Assembly (NCBI GenBank): GCA_000320545.1
Contig: ADNK01000492.1
Coordinates: forward strand, 1-44,997
Direction of reading: 5' to 3'
From: Bigelowiella natans CCMP2755
Lineage: Eukaryota > Protista > Cercozoa
Length of the DNA: 44,997 nucleotides
In this document: positions 1 through 13,801 of the stretch, piece by piece
Position numbering within the stretch: the stretch's first letter is position 1
Layout: every line of letters begins with the position of its first letter
The notes under the pieces: generated by a model
The model's input: only the letters and a program-made list of their open reading frames with translations
What the model was told of the DNA's origin: nothing
The model's database searches: none
Position numbers and translations under genes: made by a program

Positions 1-1250
1 TGGGATTGATGCAACTTACAACCAGATTGTGGAGCTGTTTATTGTTACTACTCCAACCGCTACTACTATTACTACTACTACTACTACTCCATGCAATTAG
101 GATATCATTCTAATACTGCTATCACTACTACCTGGGGGGCTGCATGCTTGGCAGGGATGTTGTTGTTTAAGACGTTGATAATGACGTTCAAGAGGGGTTG
201 GGCAAATTGGACGCCCGTCGTCGTTGACCCCCCCCTAATTGTGCGAGGACGGTTGGATGGTGAGGAGGAGATGACTCGATGCAGATTCGACACCAGAAAA
301 TCCACCCCTTTACAATCTAGAAAGGCAACGAACAACAAGAAGAGAGATCGTATGATGAGGAGGATGATAATGGGGAGGGGGGGGGGGAGGGGGATAATGA
401 CGATGATGATAACGCCCGACGACGAGGGCAATCTCGCTATTAAGTACCCATCAACTTCCAAGATGGAGAGGAAGAAAGGTAAGATGGGGGAGGGATTTTT
501 CTGTCCCCCCCCCCCCCCCCTCTCTCTCTTCTCTTCTTTTCTCTTCTCTTCCCTCTCCAAAAATATTCATGAAGACCACCTATGAAATCGATCTTTGCCC
601 TTTCGTTTCTGTACAAAGAGTTTCCTAGCAGATTTAAGATGTTGCCGCTTAAAGCTATTATGGCCTTTGATAGAGATCCGCCACGGTCTCTCCTCATCTT
701 CTCCTTTCTCGTTTCTTCGCCTTTGGTGCTATTATTCCTGCTGCCACCCGATTTCAATTTGGAGCCCCCCCCCTCCCCCTCTTCCTGCTCCCTCTCCTTC
801 GCTTTGAACTCATATGAGATCTGAGAGGAGATGTTTCGTCGTCTAGATGATGGTCGCGCTGAGGAAGGGCGAACGATGGCGGAGCGTGATGGAAATGATT
901 GTTGCTGTTTTCCTGTTGGTATATGAGTTAATAAGAGGTGACTGAAGAGGAGGAGGAGGAGGAGAAGACAAACTACCTTGAAGAGAAGTGCTTTGGGCTG
1001 CTGCTGGCTTAATAAGAATTTTCCCCTGCTTCGATATGATGAACAAATTTGCGAGGAGGTCCACCAGTACGCGTATCATCCCTGCTACCCAACCACACGC
1101 AAATAATAGCACAGTTTAGCATCTGGAGTGGTATGTATGTATGTATGTACGTATGTATGCCGGCGAAACAACAACAACAACAACAATAACACACCGCGGG
1201 AGATAATTTATGCTGCTACCACTACTAGTATTCTTCTTCTTCTTCCTCTT

Positions 1251-1290
<40 letters not shown>

Positions 1291-4200
1291 ACTACAACTA
1301 CACCACCAGAAAATAGACATTATTTGCTGCTGCACCTTTCTCGATAGCTCGATCCATCAGAGTGCTCCTGCTCCTGCTCCTGCTGCTGCTGCTGCTGCTG
1401 CAAGTAGTACTGTTGACCAGGACCAGAGACAAGAAATTCACAGCATCCACCGCCAGCTGCACATGAGCGTGCTCCCCCTCCTTCTGCCCGAAGTAGCTCC
1501 CGCCGCTCAGAACGCCGATTGTGCGCTCTATGATCCCAACTGCAAGCACCCTCTCCTGAAACAGACGAAAGACGTCGCCGTCGTCGTTGTGGTGGTGGTG
1601 GTGGTAGTACCCGTCGTGGGCGTAATCATGGGAGGTAGGAGGCAGAGAAGGATTAGAGGAGGAGGAGGAGGAGGAGGAGGCGGTCTTCTTCTCTGTCTTT
1701 CCGGAAATAGTAGTGTCCCTGCCCCTGTTTTGCGACTGTTGATGTTGCAGTCGCTCTGGTGAGGACTGATGCAATCCAACGCTGCTACTTAAAGCATGCA
1801 GGAATCGGAATGCAAGCGTTTGGATGTTGGTGTCGTAATCAAGAAGACAATCATTTAGAGAGTCAAGAGCCTGATTTGGTTATAACACAAATACAGGGGG
1901 GGGGGAGGACAAGTACGTGAAGAAGGACGTTAACCAATGAAGCCCCTCTGCGGAGAATAATGTTTCGAACACGTCTTTATGCGTCGTTGTTGTCGTTTAA
2001 TGAGCCTTACGTCACTCTCCAAGAAATCCCTTCGTGCAATTACGGACACAATGGCAAGCCTATGTATAGAATGGTGGGGGTGTTTATACTCTTTCTTCTA
2101 CTGATACTACTACAAAAATGTGAATCGATAGGTTGTGCTGAAGCAGCACTTTTGGAGAGGGAGAGGAGGAGGAGGAGGAGGAGGAGGAGGAGGAGGAGAA
2201 CAACGACGATAACAACTGTTGTGTACGCACCGTTGCCCCAAGTAAAGTGCGCTTGCCATAATTCCCTACATCATCCAGTTCAAAAAGCTCAGTACGCATC
2301 AAACGAAAAGAACGCGCTTATATGCTCACCTCCGCAATATTTGCAATGTAGGTGCGGACAATGTAGGTAGGGTTGGGAAGAGGAATGAGCGAGGCCAGCT
2401 CCATCGCTATGGAGTTGTTCGAAATGAGGTCCGAGAGCTCATCCATACACTTCAAAACCACTGATTCCTAATGTGTGAAATTATATGAGGAAGACGACGA
2501 CAAAGTATCTTTCGGATAAAATAGCTATGGTGTATTGTTGAGAAGAAAGGCAAAGAGCCACTCGTTCACCATGATTTTTTACCATCATCATCATTATCAT
2601 CATCACCTCCCACGTATTCCAGGCCGCATTCTCACAAGTGTCAACCATCCTTTCGAACACTGATACAATTCAAATAGTTTGGGTGGTAATCGTATCAACG
2701 GATGATGATGCTACGCTATTTTGGCGATGAAGAGGCGGCTAGAGACCTCATCTATTACCGCCAAAATAATGCCTAAGTCTACTCGCAGCCTCTGGGGAAG
2801 ATCCCTCGAGTGATTCCTTGATTTTCTCTTCCACAGATTCGGAGAGCTCGTCCGCTTGGAGCACTGCTAGGAACAGCCTCGCTGCAGTATACCTCTAATT
2901 TTTATTGCAGTTATATATCAGAAGCTGCGACGACTGCACAATGCCTTGGAGGCACACACGAACGAAACATCATTTGAACGTTGTGTCTGCTTTCTCTTTG
3001 TGTTGCTAGTTGCCATTCTTCCATGGCTACCTTTATGTACTGAAAGCAAGGAACGTGCAGTAGCGATCTCGCAACGTAGCGATGAGCTTCCATGGAAGGA
3101 GGAGCTTGCATTGCATTGTACGCTAGCGCTATAGGAATAAGTGGAAGGGCCATTTCCTTATGGGGCATAAAGCAATATAGATCAGTAGAAGATATGTTAG
3201 TTCGGTTCTAATGAATACATAGTATTACCCAAAACAGCAGCGAAATAGATGCATTTATTTACCGTAGTAGCAGCAGCAATAACTACGTATTCATGCTCAC
3301 CAACCCTACCCATGTCCCTTCTCCTTCTACTGAAATAAGTCAGCTAGATCTATGCTGTGGGAAGAAAGAGTTCACGGATGACTACCTGACTGCTTTTATT
3401 CCTCACAATCAGGAGTCCAATGCTATGAAATAAGCAGCCTATGCTCGCCTTCGCCTGATCCCCATAGTAAAATATTCTCTTTGTTGTTGTCCGTTTTAGA
3501 AGATTGATGGAATGTTGCTTACGGGAGAGCTGTTGATAGATTTCATCTCCGATATCATTGTTTTAAGAAACCCGCTCGTGCGAAACTGGTGGCAAACGTA
3601 ACATTTACATTTTTTAATTTTCCTTTGTAAAAGGCATTGCTTTCATCTTTCCCACCTGATCTTGAAGAAGGCTATTATTCCGAGATCCGTGGCGGGCCAT
3701 GAGCCTTCTCACAAGTTCGCAGAAACTCCCTAAATGATTCAATAATGCCAAAGTTTGCACTGAACTGAGATATTCCAGCGGTAAAAAAGAAGGATAACGT
3801 GACATACCTAAGAAAAGGTCCACGAGCACAAAGGCCATCTTTGCATCCGCCCATGTCCCGTTTGAGGCCCTTTCTCGACACAAGCTGGCCAATTTCCAAG
3901 CTCGAGAGGCTGCTCCAATAATACCAGCAATTGGAAAGCTCACTCCAGAAGGAGCAAAAAGAATGACCCTGACAACAATATCCAGAAATCATCATCCATT
4001 TTCTTTCGTTCACAATCTATGATATGAAAGGAACCGTTAGCACCTTTGAAGCGTGTTGACGCCATAAATTGCAGCTCTGAGCGAATCAAGATCCAGATAA
4101 GGGTCTTTACCAGGATCTAGAATGGCTAGTATTGAATCCATTCCTATGCTGAACTTCTTGGAAGCTGTAGATCACAAAGCCGTTATCAGTCTCAGGAATA

Positions 4201-4766
4201 AACGCAAAGAGCTCGAATTGAAAACCATTTAGCATCTCCGTGAAATCACTATCATAGAGCTCGTCCCTGCCACCGCCAGCAGCCTCCGACATCACAGTTG
4301 CCTTCTTTTTCAATAGAAATTTCTGGACATTATCCTCCGCCTGTGGTACAGAGACTGAATTCGACATCCAGATACGGAAAAATGAGAGATTCTGTCTCTG
4401 TCTACGCCTTACCTTGAAGCAGTGATGAAGTATGTGTCCGAGGGTCATTCGAAGCCTTGGCCCGGTTGTGTCCGTTGTTGACTTTTCGCGGGACTTTTGC
4501 CATTTGTCTAGGGCATAATCCGCAACTTTGAAGAGGTCTATCTGCTCAAGGATTTCCTCCGGTGGGAGAGCGAGAATTATCTCACCCAACTCCTTGACGG
4601 CTTTCATCCTCCCTGTATTGCTGCAGCCTCGACCTGGTGAATAATTTCAAAGATTACGACGGAGTTCAGCGATGCGCTGATCCTTACTTGTACCTCTGAG
4701 CTTTCCAGCAATCAAGGAAAGTCTCGCTTTTAAAGGCAAGGTCTCCGAGGAGGCACCGGATCCCAT
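1..4766 (-). CDS. Multi-exon helical (ARM/HEAT-like) protein with N-myristoylation motif; 3' end runs off the window
   Basis: ATG at 4766 gives MGSGASSETLPLKARLSLIAGKLRGT, followed by a GTAAGG donor. Exons stitched through GT-AG introns read MKAVKELGEIILALPPEEILEQIDLFKVADYAL, SILAILDPGKDPYLDLDSLRAAIYGVNTLQR, ESVVLKCMDELSDLISNNSIAMELASL, ALDSLNDCLLDYDTNIQTLAFRFLHALS and VFRLFQERVLAVGIIERTIGVL. The amphipathic Leu-rich helices suggest ARM/HEAT, but no family was recognised. Confidence 0.65.
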
Positions 4767-5459
4767 GGTTTGCCCGAACCGCCGTACCGGGTCTTGACAA
4801 TGGCAGATTCTTGCTCCTTGAGATTGGAAGAACCCTTGTGTGGTTTCACTCAACCATTTCGAGCCTCATCGGCCCCAACATTCCAGTAGCGCAGCTCCCC
4901 CCCAAGCCCGGAAGTTGATCAGTTTCAGTTGCACGATACGATGATGACTTCTCCTCCAAGCCGACGAAGAAGAGGAAGTAGGAGAGAGATGCTGCCTTAG
5001 TTCTCATCATCCAATTAGATCAAATTCAATACTAGAAACTTCTAACATGTGATATCAATATGACCCTGGATGATGAGAGAGAAATAACATGATTAAGAGG
5101 GAAATGAGATACTACAACGGATTTCTTTCTTGCTAATGAATAAAAGGAGGGAAGATGTGAGTCTGTCGGATCCACATATTTTTTTATAAAATAGCCTTAG
5201 TTTACAATGTACAATCGGTTTTATTTGTTGTCGCAGACAGAAAAGGCGAAAGTTTTAAAACTGGCATCGGGCAACCCCCGACGACCGTTGCTAATCTCTA
5301 CGCTCGTAACAGTTTCCGGAAGTGGGGGGCAGACGATTCCACGAAAGAATTTATAAGAATTCGTGAGCACGATGTCCGTGTGCTACATCTTCTAAATATC
5401 GCGGTTGCAACCAGTCTACTTTGTGTTGAAAGGAGGGAAGGAAGTCCCATCTAGCTGCT
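4767..5459. promoter_or_regulatory. Putative bidirectional promoter (myristoylated protein / NPHP4)
   Basis: 693-bp head-to-head spacer between two ATGs. Inferred from position only. Confidence 0.45.
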
Positions 5460-8400
5460 ATGAGCCACTGGAACCCCACCTCGAGGCAATGGATGCGCCA
5501 ACTTAAGCGCTCCAGGATAGGTGAAAACATCACCAATTTGAATTTGATCAATTTGTCTGCTATAGTGTTTGTATACATCATCTTTGCCATCAAAACGCTG
5601 ATGCAGGGTACCTTCCACTGGCCTTTGGAGGGAACCCAGAGGAGCAAGAGTTAGATACAAGAGAGACTCAGGTGGAATAGAATGATGATCTCTTTGAACT
5701 TTATCGTCTTAATCATGATTACTTCCCAAATGCCCTCTAATATCTGACACCGCCCCACATTTTATCTCTCCTGGTGCTGGCCGCAGTTCTATTGCCTCAG
5801 GCTCAAATCAGCATCCAACTTCCGAATCCCCAGTTTCGTTCATGAGGTAAGCAAGCACACAGAGATATTTTCCTATTATATGTGCACTCTATTCTCTCTA
5901 TAGCAGGAATTCTTAACGATGATTTCGGTTTATCTTGTAGATGCTCCGACAAGATCCAGATATTTTCATCAGGGTAACCCTCCTAAAAGCACACAAGCGT
6001 CAGCACCTCATACTTTCCCCATCATTTACATCTGCCTTACGACTTCCACATTATCTCAGTTTCACCTGCAAATTTCGTTTGTGGACTTGAACTCCCGCTG
6101 TTTCTTCGGCAAGACGGTTTCGACATCAGCAAACGGTCCAGTTGACAACATTCAAGACTCATCCATCTCCCGGTGCGGCACATAGATAATGAAAAATTAT
6201 GAAAGAGTTTTCACCAATAGGGTTAAAACGAAGCCCTTATTTCTGACGCATACGATACCTTGATGTACAGCCGCGTAGATTGGGACGAAACAATCTACTA
6301 CAAATCGAAGCAAGTTGGAGCTATTGAACGTGGGATTGTGGAGTTGGTATTTTTTGAAAAGAGTGCCACGATAATATAAGACTGCGAAACACTTAGTAAT
6401 CTTCTTATAATCCTCTTTTTTGAACGGCACATCAGGTCCTTAATATCTACAGACCTTCTGAAGCATCGAAAGTGGGACTTCACTAAAATGTAGAGCTTTT
6501 CGGCTGGTGCAGTAACTGATCTTCTTCTTCTTCTTTTTCTCAGCTGACTGGCGGAGAAAGTAAAGTTCTCGTGGATTGTATGAGCCTCGGATGGACTACT
6601 ATCAGAGTACATATGCCGCAGAACTAAATATTTTAGCATTTTACTGGAAATTACAGTCGATATACTATCAGATTCTCGATTGATGAAGTACTGTGAAAAT
6701 GAAAAGAGGCCATCTTGATTGATTAGTGAACTGTCCTTTTTAGATATTCGGCAGCGATATCCCAAGTTTGAGCCTAAAGCACGAAGAAGATAGCAGCATA
6801 GAGGTTCAGAAGGAGCCTTTTTTGCAGGGCACACCACAGGCGATCCTGCTCAATCGTCCCGACTTTAACTCTGACGAAGACGTTCAGGACAACGTCACCA
6901 AGCTAATTCAGAGATTTAAGGAAGTACGTGGCTCTTATTTGGAGTATTCAGTTTACGTTTGCCCTCCCTTGAGCCGCCTAAGACATCTTTTCCGCCACAA
7001 TGAGCCACTTCTCTCGCACGAGAACATCCCTGGACTCGGAAAACTGATGTTTCCACGGGAACCACAGAGACTCCGTGATATGGAGCTTGATGCAATGACG
7101 GCTATGATCAGGATCTCTAACCCCTGTCTGCGAGTCAGTGACACCTTTGAACAAACTCTCACTAAACGCCTCAGCTGTCTGAGGAGAAATCGCTGGAGTG
7201 CTTTGCCAGAAATCGCGACGATACGGCAGAGGGCTCTCAGAATCGGCCTGCATAATGGCCGTCGGTACGTCACGGCGCCGCAGAGAATCAGCCTAGAGTA
7301 CATCAACGGTGATTTGCATCCAGATCGAGTTAAGAAACTTGAGCCAGGACTTGAGAAAAGCATCATCGACGACTCGGACTTCTACTTCAGCAGTGGCGCC
7401 GTAGAGATTTCCACCTGTTGCGACCTTGAGGATGACAAACTTGCTTTGATCTTCCAGCTAGAGGTTACCATGGACTGGGCAAGTGCCAAGACTGGCGAGA
7501 AGCTCAGCATCGAAACGTACATAGTAGGATGGACGCTCGGAACTCTCGGGAGAGAGCATCCCAACAAATTACATCTCGACGGGATCGTGAGGAACCTCCA
7601 ACTGCACAATGCCCCCAAGATGGCTCCAGGAGGCTCTCCTTGCTTCTCTGTCAGAAATGACAGTGGATATCCCACTCAAATATGGCTTTCGGTTGGTATG
7701 GCATCTCCCTCAAGGGACAAGACCGATGGAAAGAAATCGGAGGTTGATACAAAGTCAAGACCCACTTCGCACCATCGTATGAACCACCAGCAACTGCAAC
7801 AGCTGCAGCCTTCTCAGCAGCCAACGAGGGACAAGGCCGATGGGAAGAAGTGGGAGGTTGATACGAAGTCAATAAACCACCAGCAACAGCAGCAGCCCAT
7901 GAGCAGGGAGGTGTTAATGAAGCAGATGGATGATGATGAAGAAGAGAAGAACAAGAAGAGACCAACCAGCAGCGGCAATCTCATTCCAATGGTAATGTGC
8001 CGCGCACACAACATAGCAGCCAGACTGATAGTAACAACAAAAACCTCATTCTGTTATATGTTCTCTCCCATCCCTCTATCAATGACGCTGACTTTCGTTG
8101 TTTTGTTTGATGTGACAAGGAGGCAACTCTTGATAGTAGCGTGGAGTATTATGATGATTATTACCCCAACAGCGACAACAGCAATAGTGATATGATAAAG
8201 GCGAGCTTTGTCGATGACCACCCCGTAAGACTGGATATAGAGAGGAGGGACACGGAGCAAGCCAGGGGAACAAACGTAAACTTTCATCTCACCGACTTTT
8301 CCCCCTCAATAGCAAAAGGAGACCGAAAACAACCACTCAATGCGCGCCGCAACGAGGTCGAGTTGACCGTTTACTTTTATGGGAAGAAGAGCGTTGTGAG

Positions 8401-9162
8401 TATCGGCCAGTCGTCGTCTTCTGTGACACGCTTCAACATCGAGGCCGAGGAGTGGTGGAAGTTCGTAGCATACCTTTACCATGGTAGCGCTACCATAAAC
8501 GTGCGCGATACAAAGAGCCTGATGCCACTGGGGAGCGTTACGATCCCTCTACGGGCTCTTCTGCTTCAAGGGCGAACATCTACCAGCCTGGAGATGGCGC
8601 TCCCGGTCTTCCTCGAACGGGTGTGTTCCCCTTTCAAACGCTACAAGGACGGGATGGAGGTGGGCATTGGGGGAGGGCGGAGACGCAGGAAGAGCAAGGC
8701 TGCTGATCCTGCAGCTGCTGATGATATTCTGCGCAGCGAAAGAATACGAACAGGAACGCTGAAGCTGAGACTGGAGCATCTGCTGCGCCCGCAGGCTTTA
8801 ATGGGAGGAGGAGAAAAAGGGTCTCCGTGCTGGATACCGGGCATGATGGAACGATATCTAAGGATAGAGGGGGACAACATCTTCGATCCCCATGCCAGAC
8901 TCCTTCTCAACGGCAAGAAGAAAAAGAGGGTGACGGCGGTGGACGTTGACGACTGGTGCTCTCCAGAGGGTATGATAAGTCATCGTTCTCGCGGAGGAGG
9001 GAAGAGAAGCAGAGTCAGTGGCGACACGAAGAAGCGCCAGCGTCTTAGGACGATTCGCCGCAACCCCATTCTAGAAGCAAATGTGGGGACAACCACGAGG
9101 TGATAACGTGTTTGTTGCCCCTGTATAGGAGGAGGAGGAAGCATGTGGAGCTAGCTCTATCG

Positions 9163-9201
<39 letters not shown>

Positions 9202-10471
9202 CTCTCTCTCTTCTAACGAATTTTTATCATATCTTATGCCAACGTGATCCTTCCTCTCTGATCTTTAATATATGCACATCAGCTCAAGCATCGAATCCTA
9301 CCAGCGCCGTATCATTACGGCTAAGGTCGAGAGATCGAGGAAACGGGCCGATTTCCTCCGGTCAATCAAGGCTGATTCAACAACTCACTGTAAAATTGCG
9401 CCACAGAGAGGGTAGTAGAAGTTATAAAAAGAATAGTAATCATACGGTAGAAAGGCCATCGGGATGCAAGTGGGAGGAGGACTGTAATTGGTTTTGTGAT
9501 GATAGAAGGGGCTTGTATGGCGTGTGAACACGTTGGTGTACATTTGCCTCTCCTCCACCTTGGGAGCAGCGATATTTCGGCTTTATTGTCTGTATGTGCT
9601 TTCTTCCCTTCCCCTCTCATATGAAATTAGAAGTTCTTTGATTTATTCGTATTTACTACAATTTCTAATCAAGAGTAGTTGAATACGGACCTATCCCCCC
9701 TCTCCCTTTCCTTCTTCCTGCTCACTTGTCCTACATGGCACCTACTTTATTTTCCTAACCTTCATACTCTCTCCTCCCTTCAGCGAATGCGTCTACTTTG
9801 AGGCTGCATTCAGTAACCCCTTTGACCGAAAGGCGAGATTCTCTGTAGCTATCCGTGATAAGAAACAGGGCAGGAGGGGGGAGCAAAAGAAGCCGAAGGC
9901 GGGCAGTAACGATGATGACCTCAAAAAGCAGTTGGTTGCGACAAGTACCTCCCCTTCCTCGCAGCATAGCGGGGATGGGCGAGCACCATTCAAGGTTAGC
10001 ACGATGAAGGACGGCGGGATGTCATGGAAGGATAGAAGCAGCAGTAGTGCAGAAGCACTCAGCATTGTGGTGGAGCCAGAGGAAAGAAGGAGGCTGCAGG
10101 AGGCGTTCGGATATAACCAACAGCCCGGACCCGAGATTGACATCAACGGCAACCTTGTTCTGGAAAAGGTGCTACAAGCAGCTATGCGATGTATGTGTAT
10201 ATGAATGTAAATACTCACAAATGCATCTATTCCTTCCTCCTCCTCCTCCTCCTCCTCCTCCTCCAACGCTTGTTTCAGAGAGAGGAGGCTGTATTGGGAT
10301 TCCGCTTCCAGCAGTACAGTGAGATACAGAAGAGTAAGATCATTGTCAAAGTAGCGTATGAGGTAATAGTAAATACAAGTACCAGCTAGTGGCATTATTT
10401 CCATAATAAGAGCAGGTTACTACTCATCTATGAATCGAAGAGACTGTCAGAATCTAATATCTCTCCAATCT

Positions 10472-10505
<34 letters not shown>

Positions 10506-10712
10506 ATCTTATCTCTATCTCTCTTATTATTTCCTTCATTTGACCTTGGTGTTTGTTTGCTCATCGTCCCGTTGTTTTCATTGTAGAGGAGGCGTCTGTG
10601 TCGGCTTGTCGTTCACGTGCATCCTCACCAAACACCTATCAAGAAAGGTAGTAGTATTTCTCTCACTCTCCTCATTTTGGAGTTTAAATGCGGCTGTGTG
10701 TGTAGAGAAATC

Positions 10713-10753
<41 letters not shown>

Positions 10754-11720
10754 TTTCCTATTGAATGAGAATAAATATCATTGTTATAGACGAACGAATT
10801 GATTTAATGCTAATATTTTTCCCTTGTTGCCTCTCCTACAAAAAATACGTAAACAGTGTATGAGATGCACAACCTAGGGAGCCAGAAGGTTCGCTCCTAC
10901 CCCATACCGATCCTAGACGCGAAAACCTCGCCTCCATTTGCGTCAAGGAAGCGAGAGGGCGGCGAGAGTCCTCCCGCGTACAAGTCACCACACCTGTTGC
11001 TTGAGTGGCAAATGAGCATGCCGCCACGCTCTGTTGTTAGCAGTTCGCAAATGCTGTACGCGAGCTTTACGTCGTCGTCATCATCTTCTTCTTCTGGACA
11101 ACGAAGGAAAGGACGTAGACGGAAAGAAGGTGGAGGAGAAGGACAAGTAAGTGTACGAGATGGAGGGGGAGGAGACTATGATTACGAGAAAGAAAAAAGC
11201 GATGAGGAGATAGAAGCGGAACTCAACGGCCTCCGTCTATTTATTACTTCGCGTTTTCCGAAGACCTCCGAAGGAGCGGCCTCTGCATTGGTATCTGCCA
11301 TTTCTACGTGGTGGCATGTGGGTGCTTGTGTGTTGCGATAGTATCTTTGCACTCACAGCCTTCCCGTGCTAATATGACGTCTGATGAGTGATGCTGTCGT
11401 TCTTATCATTCAGGTGTTCGTGTACGGGGATAGTGACAACATCTACCTCCTGGAGACCTACAAGATTGTCTTCGTTCCGCACCAACTCCGGGTGTGTCAT
11501 TGGACAGCAGCAGCACGATCTCATACTGCTCTCCTTTTTCCGTTTACTGATGCTGTATATTCCTATTGAGCAGGCTCTTACTCTGCGGCCGGGATTTACG
11601 CACAAGGACTCCATCCTGCTTGGTCCGCTGCTACCAATGCAAACATACATAGATATTGCATAACAGCAATACAACCAACATTCTCGTAGTAGTTACTGGG
11701 ATCTTTCCAGTATTGTAATT

Positions 11721-11755
<35 letters not shown>

Positions 11756-13002
11756 GTTTATTTGTATCACCCCCGCCATAAGTCGTAGTATCATCTTAAA
11801 TGATGTTCTCAGAGAACGCAAAGCCTGGTATGCAGCTTGTCTTTCCTGGCACATCTACAACGGAGAATCTGATCAGGGTGCTACCACCAAAACAAGCACT
11901 ACACCTCTCTAAAGCCACAATCAGGCATCAAAAACCATAGTTATCCAAACACATATATGCATTAATGCGCATAAACGTGCAAGCACCAGCTTACAACAAT
12001 GATTATGCACGGACAGATGACAAGCCAGAGGATGAGCAATTCAAAGGTGGAGTATGGGGTAGTGGCACCTCAGCCAGGCCTCTTCTCCCTTGTCGCCCAT
12101 CTCACGGCAGCAGATGTAGGGATCGAAAAGAACATGAAGATAGAGAAGAAAACTCTCGTGCTAATCTACCATTCTTCCCACACCACTCTCTCGCTCGCCT
12201 CTTATGCATCTCAATACTGATTTGAGATCGAAGAGTTTCTCACACATGAATGATTGATGCGCTCTTACAGGATGACGCTCCTGGTCGAGTCCGCATGGCC
12301 ACATCCTGGATTTATCGTATAAAGTCTGAGTATCCAAAACCGTCACGCAACTTCGAGGTGGTCAATGAATAAAGTGAAGAAAATACATGAATAGCCCCCT
12401 GATTATAGGCTACAATTTTCTTTTGTGATCTGATACAGAAATAGCAATAAGATCATGCTCACGAGCTCGATTCAAAATCCACCTTGTATAATTTCTCAGC
12501 TTACACTCGTCCACGGTTTCTCTGTAACCAAGTCCTTCCAGTACGCTAACGCCAGCGAGGTCGGATTCGGCAGCTATTCATCTTATTGTTTTTACCTGGA
12601 TGTGGTAGTAAATGGTGGTACTTGAACCTTTCTTTAGGCTCGTGTATTGAGGTTTCACGTGGATAATGATCGAGTTCTGACTTTTACTTCCTCGGTATTT
12701 GCGACAAATCGATCCTTCTCTTTCTTTCTCTTCCTCTCAGTCACTTACAGCAACTTCAACGACGTTATGTTTTTTTTTTCCCTCTGATCCCTGCCAAATA
12801 GATTGTGGAATATGATGACGACGCAAGCACAAAAGAGGTTGAGGTTCAGCTTAAGGGAAGTTTGACGAGGAAGGAAGAAAAACGCTGCAACGATCAAAAA
12901 CTAGACAGCTTCAGAAAGCAGGCTTACATCTACGTCACAGCGGCAGATGGAAATGCCATTCTAGACTGCATCAAGTTTAAGCTGAACATCACCATGAAGT
13001 AG
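5460..13002 (+). CDS. NPHP4: Nephrocystin-4 (ciliary transition-zone protein), multi-exon
   Basis: Collinear NPHP4-like blocks recognised from memory of the family: FHLQISFVDLNSRCFFGKT, RVDWDETIYYKS..GIVELV, SLGWTTIRIFG, FLQGTPQAILL, HLFRHNEPLLSHENIPGL, LRIGLHNGRRYV, LIFQLE, FVAYLYHGSATINVRDTKSLMPLGSVTIPLRALLLQGR, YFEAAFSNPF, and C-terminal YIYVTAADGNAILDCIKFKLNITMK* (stop 13000-13002). The junctions examined are GT-AG and in phase. Confidence 0.9.
7713..7890 (+). repeat. In-frame intragenic duplication in NPHP4 (period 114 nt)
   Basis: agggacaagaccgatggaaagaaatcggaggttgatacaaagtcaa (7713) versus agggacaaggccgatgggaagaagtgggaggttgatacgaagtcaa (7827). Protein: RDKTDGKKSEVDTKS / RDKADGKKWEVDTKS, each followed by NHQQ and a Q-rich stretch. 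Confidence 0.85.
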
Positions 13003-13620
13003 ATCATATGAACAATAATTGCACAAAGTATTATTATTTTCATATGATGACAAATTTTCTTATTGTATGTGCGAATCCATGAATATGTCATGATATGCTA
13101 GTGGGGGTGACGACGATGCATGCTGATATGAGCATCATCCTTCATGTAAGCCATCGCTGGTATTCTTTGTAAGTCTACGTCTATGTATGTATTGCGATTG
13201 TGTTGAAGTGCGTCAGACGTATGGCAGTGTACATATTGCGTTTGAAAATACAGGTTGCACAACAATCATTGTAAATTGAGCAATTTGCCTCTGTGCATAC
13301 TAGCATGGCCTACATAAACTAGCTAGTGCGTGTACGAAAGAGCTGTACGTTTATGTGATGCATATTCACGGTGAGCAACGCCGCGTCATGCCTAGATCGC
13401 TAATGTGATGTAATAATGTCATGCATGGCACTGCGATTATCATATGCTTACATTTGATAAACACAAACACATATAGACTTGCATGCCGTATACATCTACG
13501 GCATATTTGCAGTAATAAAAACTAATGCTATGTATTATTGCACATCAGCTGATGAAGAGACCAATTATTGGATCAGAAAGGTGTGAATACCATCTTGATT
13601 CAAACGGCTGCACATACGTA

Positions 13621-13661
<41 letters not shown>

Positions 13662-13662
<1 letters not shown>

Positions 13663-13801
13663 CTGCTCTGCGTAGCTACATTAGGATGACCATTGAAAAA
13701 ATTTAATTATTTCATTACATCCGTCTCATATGCTGCTTTGTATAGCTACATTAGGATGACTATTAAAAGGATTTAATCACTTCGTTGCATCCGTCTCACA
13801 C
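13662..13801. repeat. Two tandem ~70-bp units directly after a (TA)n tract; dispersed family member
   Basis: tagctacattaggatgac occurs at 13673 and 13743 (period 70). Both units end catccgtctca. Confidence 0.85.

Noticed and set aside
91-2370. Many short ORFs rich in poly-S/T/V/L/R/P, here and across the window
   Set aside because: They arise from stop-free trinucleotide and dinucleotide microsatellites in introns or antisense to real exons.
6170-6275. Apparent in-frame stops in NPHP4 suggesting a reassigned code or a GC-AG intron
   Set aside because: Resolved by one canonical intron (gtgcgg..ctgac..tgtacag, 6173-6270) giving SISR|RVDWDET in the standard code.
6298-6837. 179-aa minus-strand ORF
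   Set aside because: Antisense to NPHP4 exons and introns that are supported by conserved motifs on the plus strand.
13662-13801. 70-bp periodic repeat as a CRISPR array or C/D snoRNA cluster
   Set aside because: The inter-core sequences are homologous rather than unique spacers, the context is eukaryotic with no cas genes, and the units lack a terminal CTGA D box.
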